DNA of 64,000 nucleotides from Caecitellus pseudoparvulus (lineage: Eukaryota > Protista > Bigyra: Bicosoecida): positions 992,001-1,056,000 of the forward strand of contig CBFFRQ010000068.1 of assembly GCA_965644315.1 (NCBI GenBank), given 5' to 3'. Shown here in pieces: positions 11,160-22,213 of this stretch; positions within the stretch are counted from its first letter, which is position 1; every line of letters begins with the position of its first letter. The position numbers and the translations under genes were made by a program. The notes beneath the pieces are model-generated. The model did not search any database. It was not told the origin of the DNA and saw only the letters and a list, made by a program, of their open reading frames with translations.

Positions 11160-14100
11160 CTACACCGGCACGGCCGACTGCACTTGGCCCTTCAGAGATT
11201 CTGCCTGTTCGGGCGTCAGATCCTCTTCTGCCACTGCGTTGGCAAACAACTCGCTGAGGGCGGAGGCGCCCAGCCCAGCATTCTTCAGCGCAGACACGGC
11301 TTGAGAACAGATGCGCCGGCCGACTGTGCCCAGGCCCACTCCGTACGCCCACAGGCCCACCGCAGAGCTCGGGTCGTCAAGGTCAAAGCCACTCACCATG
11401 ATGCGCTCCGAGTGGGCAGCCAAGCGGCCCATGCCGTGGGCTGCTGCGAGCGGCAGCAGCCACGGAGCCGAGTCAACGCCCACACCCTTGTACACATCGC
11501 CGTATACAAACGACAGCGCATCACGCGCGACGTTCAAGGACAGCGGAATGCCCTCCACGATGCCCAAGGAAACAGAGTCCACATCAGACAGCTGTGCCAT
11601 GGAGCTGCACAGCGCACCCCGCCAAACTTGCGACCTCGCGGCCACCACAGCTGCGTGAACCCCCAGAAACATGGGCTCACCTGTCTCTGGCTCCAGCACT
11701 TGCAAGTGCATGTCGAGGAAGGCGCTGGCTGACTGCAGCCAGCGGAGTCCTGCCACAGTACGCTTGTTGACGTTGCTGCGGTGCTCGCTGCCCAGGCTGA
11801 CAGGCACGGAGCACGTGAGCTGGCCAGCGCTCTTGTCGACCGTCAGGCACTCCTCGCACGAGCTGGAAAGGGAAGTATCGATCGCGGCGAGGGGAAGCTG
11901 GCAGTCTGCAAACGACGCCAGCGGCGGCAGCTCTGCGGAGGGCAGCCACGGTCCGCCCACATCAAGCAAAACATTGTGCTTCCACTTCTTGTCCTCCAAC
12001 GAAAACTTGCCGCCCTTGGCAGCTGCAGAGCGCTTGCTTTTCAGCAGCTGCTTCGCCTCGGGCGTCAAGCCCAGACATTGGCACACACTCCACACTGCTG
12101 GCACCAATTCGGGCACAATCGTCGCCTGTCCAGTGTACACGTACTGTAAGATGCTGTGCATGGCATCCACGGGGGCAAAGGGCACCTCCAGCACAATGGG
12201 GGCTCTGCTTGTCGCGCGTGGGCTGGCCAGGGCAGGGCGAGGCACCGCATGCCCCACAGACACTGACCGGGATAGGGTCGCTGAGGGGGGTAAAGGTGGC
12301 AGGGGGCTGTCGTGGCCATCTTCCTCGTCATCGTCGTGCAGCGCAGCCGCGAACCCCCCGCTGCCTGTGCCGCTTGCAGAGGCACTCTCCAGGCTTGCCA
12401 GAGCCCCGTGCAGCCAGGGGACGGTGCAGGCCACAATGCAGCGATGCGCAGCGATGGCAAAGACTGGCTGCTCGCCAGCGTCAATGAAACTGGGGGCTAT
12501 CTCTGAGGCAGGGTGTGCCGGCGCGGCACACAGCAGCACCAAATCAGCGACAGGTGCAGAGGAGAAGCCAGATTCGTCCGCCCCTGCACCGCCCACCGCC
12601 GCACCATGCTCTTTAGCGGCGGGCTCAATGGCGAGCGCACCGCCGGATGCCGGGCCGACAGCAGCCTGCGCCACGCCTTGCCACAGCCAAGCGAGGTCTC
12701 GGCCCATGGATGACGCCGCGAGGGGAATGTGGTCACTCTGGATCTTGAAAACGTGCGTGTCCGAGAGCAAACCGCCCTCGGTGCACTCTACGGGGGCTGG
12801 CAGCCCGAACTGGTGCAGCCCTGCTCCGCCAGACGTTCGACTGGCGCTCTTAGCATACGATGTCGACAACATGACAGTGCTGAAGTCTCGGTGCAGGGCA
12901 CGGGGGTGGGTAATGCGGTCCAGGGTAGTAGCGGCAGACCGGAGCTGCAGGCCGCCCCAACACACCAGTCGGCCAGCCCACATGGTCGTGGCCGCGTTCC
13001 CACGGGGGAAATCCCACTCTGACGGATGCTGTGGGTCTGATCCTGGCAGAGCGAGGACGTCCTTCCGCCACTCTGCGCTCCAGAGGGGGAACAGCGCTGC
13101 CTGCTCCTCAGCGCCCTGCTGCGCCAACTGCGTCCACTTTGGCAGGGGCTGTGCCGCTGCGCGACTGGCCAAGCTACAGTGCCACATGCCAGAGGAGGCA
13201 GCCCTACCACTTGCTTGCCCACCAAACACCAGCAGGGCATCCTTTCCGGGCACGCGGTGCACGGCTGCGTGTGTGCGAGGAGTGGGGGGGACGCCGCTGC
13301 TGTCTACGGAGGACACCAGCACGCGGAAGCGGCAGGACTTGCTTGCGCCGTGCGGAGGCGGGACAAAGTGAGTGCCCGCAACGTCAAGGCTGTCGAGGAA
13401 TGTTGCGATGTACATGGTGCTGTTCATGCTGCCCTTGCTCTGGCCACCCCAGATGGCCAAGTGCCCCCCTCGCAGCATCGCGCTGCCATGTCCGTGCAGT
13501 GGCCCAGAGGCCGGCAGCTGTCCTACGACACTGCCAAGGTCAATCTTGTACAGTGTCTCCGCGGAGGGTGCCGTGTGCAGGAGCAGAAAGCCGTGAGAAT
13601 CATCGTGCAGTCGTGCCGTCGCGTTCACTCGCTCGCCACCGTACAGGACCACCCACTCCTGCGCTGCCAGCCTGTCAGCGGTGAAGCCACGCAGCGCAGA
13701 GACCTTCAGTCCGACCCGCGCTCTATCAGCCGTAACGGCTCCGGCGGCATTCCACCTCATGATGTGCACCTGCATGTAAGAGGCCTCGCCCTGTCCAGGG
13801 CCGCCACCTGAAATGAGCAACACGCGGGGATCCTTGGCAGATGGAATGGTCACTGCACGGTGCCCTGACAAGGCGGGGAGAGGCTTCGTGCTGGGAACTG
13901 AAACCCACTGTGCAGCAGCTCCATGGCGCTCGACGCGCCCCACCAGCTGCTGCAGTGCAGATACCTGGTCGGCTTCCACGTCCTCCCGAAGTAGCAGCCT
14001 TGACAGCGCAGTGGCTTGACCAGGCATGACCAGGCGGTGCAGCTCGGAGCTCGGCTGTGCCGTTGTGAGCAAGGTTTCAAGGGCTGCCTGCATGCCGTTG

Positions 14101-15983
14101 ATGCAGTTGAGTAGGGCTGACTCGAGCAGGGAAAAGGCTGGCGCCTTCCCACCGGCTTGGGCCTGCAGCTTGAGCAGCAAGCTCTGCACCAATTGGTGGG
14201 CGGGGCCAGCAGGCAGGGCCGGAAGTCGGGCAGCCAGAATGGCCTCCACCGGCACTCGATCACCTGCTGCAGTGACGACAGTGCCGTAGCGTGTCAAGCC
14301 CATCCGCTTGATCGCGAGTTGGGCCACCCGTGCTGAGTGCGGCATGTCGGCAATGATGTGCTTTGTGCTCGCTTGGAGTGCAGCTGGGAGTGTCATGATG
14401 CGGGACCCTCCGTGCAAATACACGCTGCCCCTGTACGTGAACAGCACAGCACTGTGGCCTGGAGCCGGAGCTTCTGAGAAGTGAAGCCGCCCTCTAGCCA
14501 CGGAGCACGGAATGCCAACCGCAGCTTTCACGCTTTCAGCGTGCGGGGCTGCGTGTAAGTGTGTAGGCAATGGAGCGCTTGACACTGGCTCTGTCTCTTG
14601 TACCTTCGCACCGTGCAACTGGGGGATGTGGATGTCCATGTCAGCGACCGCAGGCTGGGCAATCGCTGCCTCCGCCGCTGCCCCGCTGTGAGCGCGACCA
14701 GGCCGTCTTGTTGCTTGCCGAGCTGCAGCGCTGCACATGCCATTCACAGTGTCCATGAGCTCTTTCACAGCCTCCAGCAGCTTGCCGGAGTTGCCAAGGC
14801 CTTCACAATATTTCTGATCGAACTCGTCAACCGTGTCAGAAATGTTGCAGGTCAGCTCTAGCAACTGCACGTAGTACTCAAGAAGCTCTCGCGATCGAGA
14901 GTCATACTGGCGAATGGCGCGCTTCTGGATAGAGAACTTCAGACAATCTGGCAAGGAAGCCGGCGCATGGTCAAGGAGGGTTGAACGGAAGGAGCGGTTC
15001 CCGCCCAGCTGAGAAAACCCTCGCACGACGGTCATCATGGACACAAGGCGGTCGTACCGGGAAAGTCCTTGAATGAGGTTCAGTGTGGTGAATGCGTACT
15101 CTGCGTCGCCGAGCCGTCTCGGGTCGTTGAAGTAGAGCACTTCACCGACCGGCAGTCCCGCTTCCTCCAGCACGCGAAAGCAGCGTTCCTGAATCTGCTC
15201 GTGGCCCGCCACTGGGTCGTACGTGATTCCAGCCTGCCAAATGTGATAGGCAACTCCTTCCTTAAGCGCCTGGAATGCGTTGTCAACCTTGCGCCGAACT
15301 TCCGGAAGCGTGGCCAGCACCAGCTGTCGCAGGCGTTCCTTCACGGCAGCCACAAGAGCTTGGGGGTCACAGCCGGCGGGGGCGCACTTGATGTCCACGC
15401 GCATGAAGCCTCCTTCATCGCGCAGGAACTGCAGACCAACTCGAGTGGCCATGGTGGCCTCCCTCCCCACTGGGAAGGTTGGGGGGTTGTACAGGTTTGG
15501 CAGCGCCAGCCACTCGATGTCGGCACACCGGTCGAGGGGGGGGCCGAAAGTGAACCGCTCCATCAGCAGGTCGTGGAGCAAGCCATACCACCTGATTTGG
15601 ATGCGCATGCGGAGGTCCTCTCGCGCACTGCCAGTGGCCATCGTGAGGATGCGCTCCCCATTCTGTGCAGTTTTCACTGAGGCCCGCACTTCCTGGCCGG
15701 CCAAAGTTCGCGTTTGGATGTGAGCAATGACTGCTTCCAGCTCTTCGTCTGTTTCCCTGTACAGCAAGTTCTGAACAGCCGCTTCTGCCCAGGCTTTGCC
15801 TTGGTCGACAGCGTCTTGAATAGCCTCTTCAAGGACAGGAAGCTCCTCCTGCGGCTCGGCTCCTGCTACCTCTTCGCCTGCAGCGTCTGCAACTGCGGCG
15901 GCAGCTTCGCCACCAGCCGACTCCCCAGAAATAGCCCGAACGAGCAGGGCGTGCCCAACACCAGGGATATCCTCGGCAGCCAT
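11160..15983 (-). CDS. Large Kelch-repeat plus tandem BTB protein (LZTR1-like C-terminal architecture) with an unrecognised N-terminal domain
   Basis: Kelch-like motifs GHSAV..VYLHGG, LSGHRAV..LLISGG, VVLYGG, LHGHGSA..LAIWGG, PTPRTHAA..LLVFGG. BTB motifs ADLVL..AAHRCIVA..ILQYVYTG and LDMHL..GVHAAVVAARSQVWRGAL..LSFVYGD. ATG at 15983. Confidence 0.75.
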   Translation of the reverse strand: MAAEDIPGVGHALLVRAISGESAGGEAAAAVADAAGEEVAGAEPQEELPVLEEAIQDAVDQGKAWAEAAVQNLLYRETDEELEAVIAHIQTRTLAGQEVRASVKTAQNGERILTMATGSAREDLRMRIQIRWYGLLHDLLMERFTFGPPLDRCADIEWLALPNLYNPPTFPVGREATMATRVGLQFLRDEGGFMRVDIKCAPAGCDPQALVAAVKERLRQLVLATLPEVRRKVDNAFQALKEGVAYHIWQAGITYDPVAGHEQIQERCFRVLEEAGLPVGEVLYFNDPRRLGDAEYAFTTLNLIQGLSRYDRLVSMMTVVRGFSQLGGNRSFRSTLLDHAPASLPDCLKFSIQKRAIRQYDSRSRELLEYYVQLLELTCNISDTVDEFDQKYCEGLGNSGKLLEAVKELMDTVNGMCSAAARQATRRPGRAHSGAAAEAAIAQPAVADMDIHIPQLHGAKVQETEPVSSAPLPTHLHAAPHAESVKAAVGIPCSVARGRLHFSEAPAPGHSAVLFTYRGSVYLHGGSRIMTLPAALQASTKHIIADMPHSARVAQLAIKRMGLTRYGTVVTAAGDRVPVEAILAARLPALPAGPAHQLVQSLLLKLQAQAGGKAPAFSLLESALLNCINGMQAALETLLTTAQPSSELHRLVMPGQATALSRLLLREDVEADQVSALQQLVGRVERHGAAAQWVSVPSTKPLPALSGHRAVTIPSAKDPRVLLISGGGPGQGEASYMQVHIMRWNAAGAVTADRARVGLKVSALRGFTADRLAAQEWVVLYGGERVNATARLHDDSHGFLLLHTAPSAETLYKIDLGSVVGQLPASGPLHGHGSAMLRGGHLAIWGGQSKGSMNSTMYIATFLDSLDVAGTHFVPPPHGASKSCRFRVLVSSVDSSGVPPTPRTHAAVHRVPGKDALLVFGGQASGRAASSGMWHCSLASRAAAQPLPKWTQLAQQGAEEQAALFPLWSAEWRKDVLALPGSDPQHPSEWDFPRGNAATTMWAGRLVCWGGLQLRSAATTLDRITHPRALHRDFSTVMLSTSYAKSASRTSGGAGLHQFGLPAPVECTEGGLLSDTHVFKIQSDHIPLAASSMGRDLAWLWQGVAQAAVGPASGGALAIEPAAKEHGAAVGGAGADESGFSSAPVADLVLLCAAPAHPASEIAPSFIDAGEQPVFAIAAHRCIVACTVPWLHGALASLESASASGTGSGGFAAALHDDDEEDGHDSPLPPLPPSATLSRSVSVGHAVPRPALASPRATSRAPIVLEVPFAPVDAMHSILQYVYTGQATIVPELVPAVWSVCQCLGLTPEAKQLLKSKRSAAAKGGKFSLEDKKWKHNVLLDVGGPWLPSAELPPLASFADCQLPLAAIDTSLSSSCEECLTVDKSAGQLTCSVPVSLGSEHRSNVNKRTVAGLRWLQSASAFLDMHLQVLEPETGEPMFLGVHAAVVAARSQVWRGALCSSMAQLSDVDSVSLGIVEGIPLSLNVARDALSFVYGDVYKGVGVDSAPWLLPLAAAHGMGRLAAHSERIMVSGFDLDDPSSAVGLWAYGVGLGTVGRRICSQAVSALKNAGLGASALSELFANAVAEEDLTPEQAESLKGQVQSAVPV

Positions 15984-16140
15984 GGGGGTGGCTCGGAAGC
16001 TGGGGCTGACTCTCGGTTCAGTTACTGCTTGGCGTGGTGGCGGAATTTGGCACCCCGCTCTCGCAAGACGCACCAGGTAGACCTCGCACTCTGATGGAAC
16101 AGAGGCTCGGTTTCGGCCGGCAGATGAATTTCTGTGTGTT

Positions 16141-19100
16141 TTACGATTTGGCTCCACCCCGCATGTGATGAGGAAGTTGCGATGCGATGTGCGCGGGGAG
16201 GGGCTGCGAAAGGTGCAGAGGAGGAAAGGGAGCCCGCTGCACTGTGCCGAACCCCACATGCGCACCCCCATGGCGCTGCCAATCAGGATGTGGTGCCGCT
16301 GCAGCTATGTCGAGTGGTGGAGCACTAGGTGCTGCTCCAGAGGCCGCTTGGGACCGCAGCAGCCTTTGTACGAGGCCAGGGTCAACCGGCGGTGGCTGAG
16401 CTGGGGACGGCGGGTACTCCTTCCAAACGCTGCCCGGCATGGACAAGAGTGCTGGGCGCGGGGTGGCGGTTGGAAGTCCTGGTTGATGTGCTGCACTGGT
16501 GGGCGCAGCAGCTGCTACGGTGCGTGCGTCGCCTCCCCACTTCGTATCGCGTGGAGGCAGCGGGCTGGCGGAAGAAGCTGCGCTAGCATCTGACCCAGAA
16601 ACCGACGCCGAGGCAGAGTCACCGGATGAGCTGTCAGCGGACGATCCCGACGACTCCGGTCCCCTCCCGAGGCTGTCCATGTCCGTTACAGTGCTGCTGC
16701 CGAACCACGGCGAAGGCAGGGATAGGACACTCTCCGGCCTGCGGGGTGTGGAGGTGGACGACGCCGAGGAGCCGGAGCCCACGCTGCCCGCATCCCCCTC
16801 ACGCATGAAAGAGCCTGCGCTGCTCAAGGAAATGTCGTCTTCGTATTCCTGCTGCAGAACACGGCGCGCTCGGCGAACACGGCGTTGCATGGCCCCAATG
16901 CGCCGGCCTGCGCCCCGCAAGGCGTGCCTGCCGTCCACCCGCATGCGGTGGATGATGTCCCGCAGCTGCCCTACTTTGGCAGCCAAGGTGCCCTCCCGGG
17001 CCCGTGATGCAAGCAGCTCGGACACCAGCAGCTCGGACGCTTCTCTACGCTCAGCAGACCGGCCCCGGCGCCTGCCGCCTGCCGCCCCGCCAGCTACAGC
17101 CCCAACAGCTTTTGATAGAGTGGCGATCTGGGCGTCTCGCTCCTGCACCATGGCCTCCAGGGCCTGCTTTTGGTACCTCCAACCTCGCACTGCCTCCTGC
17201 ACTGCATCATCCAGTTCGGTGCCCGTCACTGCCTCAGCACCAAGCTGCTCCCCAGCTGCCGTGCCAGCTGTGCGCAAGGCACGGCTGGTAAACACGGTGC
17301 GTTGCCGCTCCAGCGCCTCGTCTCGCCGCGCCAAGGCAGCCTGCAGTGCCTTGATCTGCGTTTCTTGTTCCAGCACCCGCGTGCCCCAGCCTGATGTGGA
17401 GCTCAGGCTGTCCACCTGCCCCTTCACCTTCGCAAGCTCCGCCACCAGCGCTGCCTCACGCTCCCCTGCCTCCTCTAACTGTGCCACAACGGGTGTGCCC
17501 TGGGTGAGAGCCTGCCACTTGCGCAGTGCCCTGGCCATCACCCTGCCTCGCCAGGCACGCGTCGTGCAGGCCAGGAGGCGCGCCGCTGCCTGCTGTGCTG
17601 TGGCTGTGGCCACGGCGCGCGCCTCGTTCACCGCCCCAAGGAGGTCTCCCACCATGCCAGCAGGGGAGGACGCCACTGGATCTGCCGCGGCAGAAGCACG
17701 CAGGGCCTCCAGCTCTCGCTTCGCCACGGCCGCTTCATCCTGTGCTTCCTCTAGCCCCTTTCGCGCCGCCTCCGCGTCTGCCCTCGCGGCGGTCAGAGCG
17801 GCACGCAGCTGGACAGCCTGTGCAGCCACGGCATCTGGTCGCTGAGCCTTTGCCTCGCGCACCATGCGTGCCACAGTCGACTCCGCCTCCACTGCTCGAG
17901 CCACGGCGGCGGCGCGAGCAGCTTCGGCCTCGGCAGCACTGGCCGCTGCAGACTGCACTTCAGCTTGCAGGCGCAGCAACTCACCCCTCAGCGCCTCACG
18001 CGCCTCATCAGAGGTGACGGGGGACACTGCCTGGACGCGGCGCGGCGCATCACGACCCACGAGTGGCGCAGAGGCGCTGTGCAAGGAGCTCGTCAGAGGC
18101 AGGTGTCCTGTGGACTGCGCAACTGCTTCGTCTGCCGCGGACCGGCTGCGCCTGGCGCTCTCGGCGGCGAGGGCGGCATCCAACCGGGCAGTGGTGCTGG
18201 CAAGGGCGGCTTGTTGCTCCTCAGACAGAGCCCGCGCACGGGACGCAGGGAGGTTGGGCAGGGCGGCAGTCACATGCTGCTCTGCTTGAGCTTGCAGCGC
18301 CGCCGACACACGGGCTGTCTCCTGAGTGGCCCGCTGGGAGGCCAGGGAAGCGGTCAGGGCAGCCAACTCTGCAGTGGCGGCCGTTTCAGGCGGCACATGT
18401 TGCGGCCATGAGTCCTGCACTCTTCCCGGCTCGGCAGAGTGCCCCTGTGCTGTGGCAGGTGGCAGAACAGGCGGCTGCGGAGCCTCGGGCGGTGGCAAGT
18501 CCGGAGCCTGTACCTTGGCCGCAGGCTGGGAAGGGCCAAGGATGAGGTTTCCATTGAAGCTCTCAAAGGTGACGTTCCCTGGTATGCCACCCTCGCTACC
18601 GCCACCCACACTGGCGCCAGATCGACTGCTGCCAAGTGCTCGCGGTGGGGACGCCGATGCAAGGCCAGCACTCACTGGGCCTCTGGCCGGAGCAGGGGCT
18701 GGCGATGGCCCAGGCGCAGGTGCGCCGGATGACCTCGCAGTGCTGGCGGGCAGGCGCTCTCCGGTGCTGCTCCCGCCGTCACTCAGCATGCCATGAAAGG
18801 AATCTGAGAGCTCCAGCGCTTCTGAGTGTGCCGGAGAAGCCTCCTGCGGCGCTGGTGTGTGGCCGGACGCCCTCACCCGCGGCGGCCCACTGCGCCCACT
18901 CCCTTCGTCCTCCGCCTGGCTGCCGTCCATGACAACCACGCCGCCAGCTCCAGGGAAGGCCACAGAGTGCGGAATGCTTCGTCGGGCGGCTGCCTCTGCT
19001 GCTCGACGCTGGGCATAAAACCCCTCTGGGTCACTGGCCCGCACCTTGGCCCTTCGCCCTGCGGAGGCCGGGCGTCCCCCGCTGCCAAGGCGCCCAGATG

Positions 19101-20009
19101 CACTTGCTCGCTCTGCAGACTTGCTCCTTCCCGCTTCGTATGCCTTGCTTGCTTGCTCCGCGGCTTTTTGTGCCTCCACGACGCTGCGGCGGAATGCTCT
19201 GAAGTCCTGGCTGCTCTGCTCACGCTCACGTGCTCGCTCCTGGGGCGTCTTGCGCCTGCCGGACACGGGGGCGGGCGAGGCTGCCGGGGGGGACCGAGAG
19301 CCCTGCCGGCGGGGTGGAGATGCCCGGGGCGGAGAGGGCGGATGCTGCAGCGCCGCCCCCACACCAGCACTGCTAAGGGAGCGGCTGGACAGACCGGCAC
19401 GCCGGGAAGGCGACCTGTCGGCATCCAGGGTGGTGGTGCCGGCTCGCGGCGAGCGATGGGCAGATGAGCGGGGAGATGTGCGTGGAGAGGGGGCTGCTTC
19501 AGGAGCGCGGTGAAATTCAAAGCTGAGAATGGAAGGGGTATGTGGCTGGCCACGCTGCAAGTGAGGAGTGGTGCGGGGCTACCACGCACATGTACTGCTC
19601 CTTTCCGGCACCGAATCGAATGACACTGCCGTGCTTCAAGTCACACGTTCCGTCTGAAACCCGGATGGAGTCCACAAAGGTGCCGTTGGTGGATTTGAGG
19701 TCGGTGAGGCGAGCCACCTGCGGCCGGCAAGTGGATGCTGCGCAGAGGATCGATTCCCGGACAGTACATGTAGAAGACGCACCTCCTTCGTGGGGTGGAT
19801 ATTAATTCGGGCATGAGTTCCGGACACAGACCTTGCTTGGAGGTCCTGCGTGGCAGGAAGCGCAGGACAGCGGGTGAACTTCGCTCTGCTGCCTGCCTGC
19901 CCACAAAGCTCACGATGTCGTTGTGCTCCCCACGCCCAATCTGCGTCTCTGAATCCTCCAGCTCGTACACGACTGCAGCCGACTTTAAGTAAGCCAGGGG
20001 TGGGTCCAT
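16141..20009 (-). CDS. FHA-domain protein with long coiled-coil and low-complexity regions
   Basis: Spliced N-terminus TQIGRGEHNDI / SVSGTHARI / LTDLKSTNGTFVDSIRV..LKHGSVIRFG carries the FHA motifs GR, SxxH and NGT. The long exon has A/E/R-rich heptads. Exact 3' end uncertain. Confidence 0.8.
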
Positions 20010-20497
20010 GCCGCTCAGTATACCAGCTTTGCAGCAGCAGGGCGTGCTGTGGGCCGTGTGAGCGTTTCACAAGTAACGCCGCTGCACACTTGCGAGGCAA
20101 CCCCTGTACAAGGCCGTGGAAGCGGCAGCTGATGCAAAGCCGCCCCGTGTGAGAGAAATTACGCTTCCACTCGGTGATCACCAACCATATTTCGCATGGC
20201 GAATTTTGCGCCGCGAGTCCTGGAGCACGGAGTCGGAGCTTGATGGCTCAAGTTTTGAAGTCTCCAAACGCGCTGCCCAGCGCTGCCAGCTCAGGGACTA
20301 TCCTCAAACAAACCTTCAAGTCGCCCATTCGTATAACCACCACTCGCTGCCTCACTTAGTCGGCCCACTTGACCCCCAGGTCTTGACCTTTCAGCTGCCT
20401 GCTCGCCGGCGTGGTGCAGCAGCTCACAGCAGTACCTCTTGGTGCTGCCCTCGAACCCAGCAGCTTGCCTGCGACTGTCGCCAACGCCTCCTTCAAC

Positions 20498-22173
20498 ATG
20501 CTTGCACGTGTGGCTCAGGCTGCAAGCCGCAGCGCGTCGGTGGCTGTCCCCATGCAGTGGCATGCCTGCCGTGCCTTGTCCGGAGTACGTGGTGCAGTGC
20601 ACTTGGGCGCTTGCCAGAACTCTTGCCACTGCGAGGCCGCCAGGGCGGAGAGGGCGCGAGCAGTCAGCTGAGGCTGCAGAATGTCTGCGTTGTGGCGCTT
20701 TCTGGTGGGGCACTGCTCTGCACGGGCCTGCTTCACAGGCTCCGGAGCTGGTGCACGCGGCGCGTGGCCGGATGATCACTGGCGAGGACCATCTGCACAC
20801 CATCATGTTCAGCATGAACGACAAGGTGGGCGGGCTCAAGCAAGTTTTGACTGTGTTTGAAGCCCATGGCATCAGCATGACCCACATTGAAAGCAAGCCC
20901 CAGCGGTCCAAGTGCGTGGCCGCAATGGCGCTGGTTGATGGCGTTTGGATGTTACGAAGTGCAAGCGCCTGCCCCCCTCCGTCACAGCCCGACAGTCATG
21001 GATTTCAACGTCTCCTTCGCTGGGGAGACATCCTCGCAGGCAGTGGAGGCCCTGCTGAAGGACCTGCACTCGAGCTGCACGGGGGTGATGGGGCAGGAGC
21101 CCATGACAGTGCCGTGGTTCCCCCGCCACATCTCGGACATCGACCAGTTCAGCACCAAGACGCTGGATGCGGGGGCTGAGCTGGAGTCGGACCACCCAGG
21201 GTTCAACGTGAGTTCTGCTGGAGCGAAAGGCTGTGCAGGGCACCCCACGCCCCGCCCCATGTCCCCTTGCCAGGATAAGGAGTACCGTGACCGCCGCACG
21301 ATGATCGTGGCCAACGCCGCCAAGTACCGCCATGGCGAGAGCATCCCCCGAGTGCAGTACACTGCAGAGGAGACGGCGACGTGGGGCACCGTGTACTCCA
21401 AGCTGCGAGACTACACTGCGAAGTACGCCGTGCCCCAGTACAACGAGATCCTGCCCCTCATGGAGCAGCACTGCGGCTACGCCGAGGACAACATTCCCCA
21501 GCTGCAGGACATCTCTGACTTCCTGGACAGCCGCACGGGCTTCACGTTGCGTCCCGTGGGGGGGCTGCTGTCGGCACGAGACTTCCTGAACGCCCTGGCG
21601 TTCCGCGTCTTCTTCTCAACACAGTACATCCGACACCACTCGGTGCCGCTGTACACGCCTGAGCCCGACATCTGCCACGAGCTCATGGGCCACGCGCCCA
21701 TGTTTGCAGACCCCGACTTTGCGGACTTCTCCCACGAGATCGGCCTAGCTTCCCTGGGGGCCAGTGACGAGGACATCAAGCGCCTTGCGACGTGCTACTG
21801 GTTCTCAGTTGAATTCGGCCTGGCCAAGGGCCCGCCTGGGGATGGCTACCGAGCGTATGGGGCGGGACTGCTGTCCAGTTTCGGCGAGCTGGAGTACTCA
21901 TGTGCGCCGTACCGCCCTGCTGGCGGGCGGGACGTGTTCCCCGAGTACCGTCCGTGGGTGCCTGACGATGCCGCGGTGCAGGAGTACCCCATCACTGACT
22001 ACCAGCCCGTGTACTTCGTGGCAGACGACTTGACACACGCCAAGGAGGAGATGCGCAAGTTCTGTGCCAGCCTCAAACGGTCCTTCCACCCCATGTACCA
22101 CTTCAAGGATAAGCGGGTGACCGTGGACCGAGCAATCAAGCGCGGGGAGTACACCGTCACCATGCAGAAGTAA
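20498..22173 (+). CDS. PAH: Phenylalanine 4-hydroxylase with ACT regulatory domain
   Basis: ACT domain GGLKQVLTVFEAHGISMTHIESKP. Catalytic domain VPWFPRHISDID, DHPGF, TQYIRH, YTPEPDICHELMGHAPMF (two Fe-binding His), WFSVEFGL (Glu), AYGAGLLSSFGEL. At least 3 introns; the first starts at 20585. Confidence 0.95.
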
Positions 22174-22213
22174 TGCACTGCCCTTGGTGCCCGTGCACAC
22201 ACTTGGCGTGGAG

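Noticed and set aside
9142-17845. Long + strand ORFs (9142-10188, 11671-13371, 16499-17845)
   Set aside because: They are antisense shadows of IFT88, the Kelch-BTB gene and the FHA gene, caused by GC-rich codon usage.
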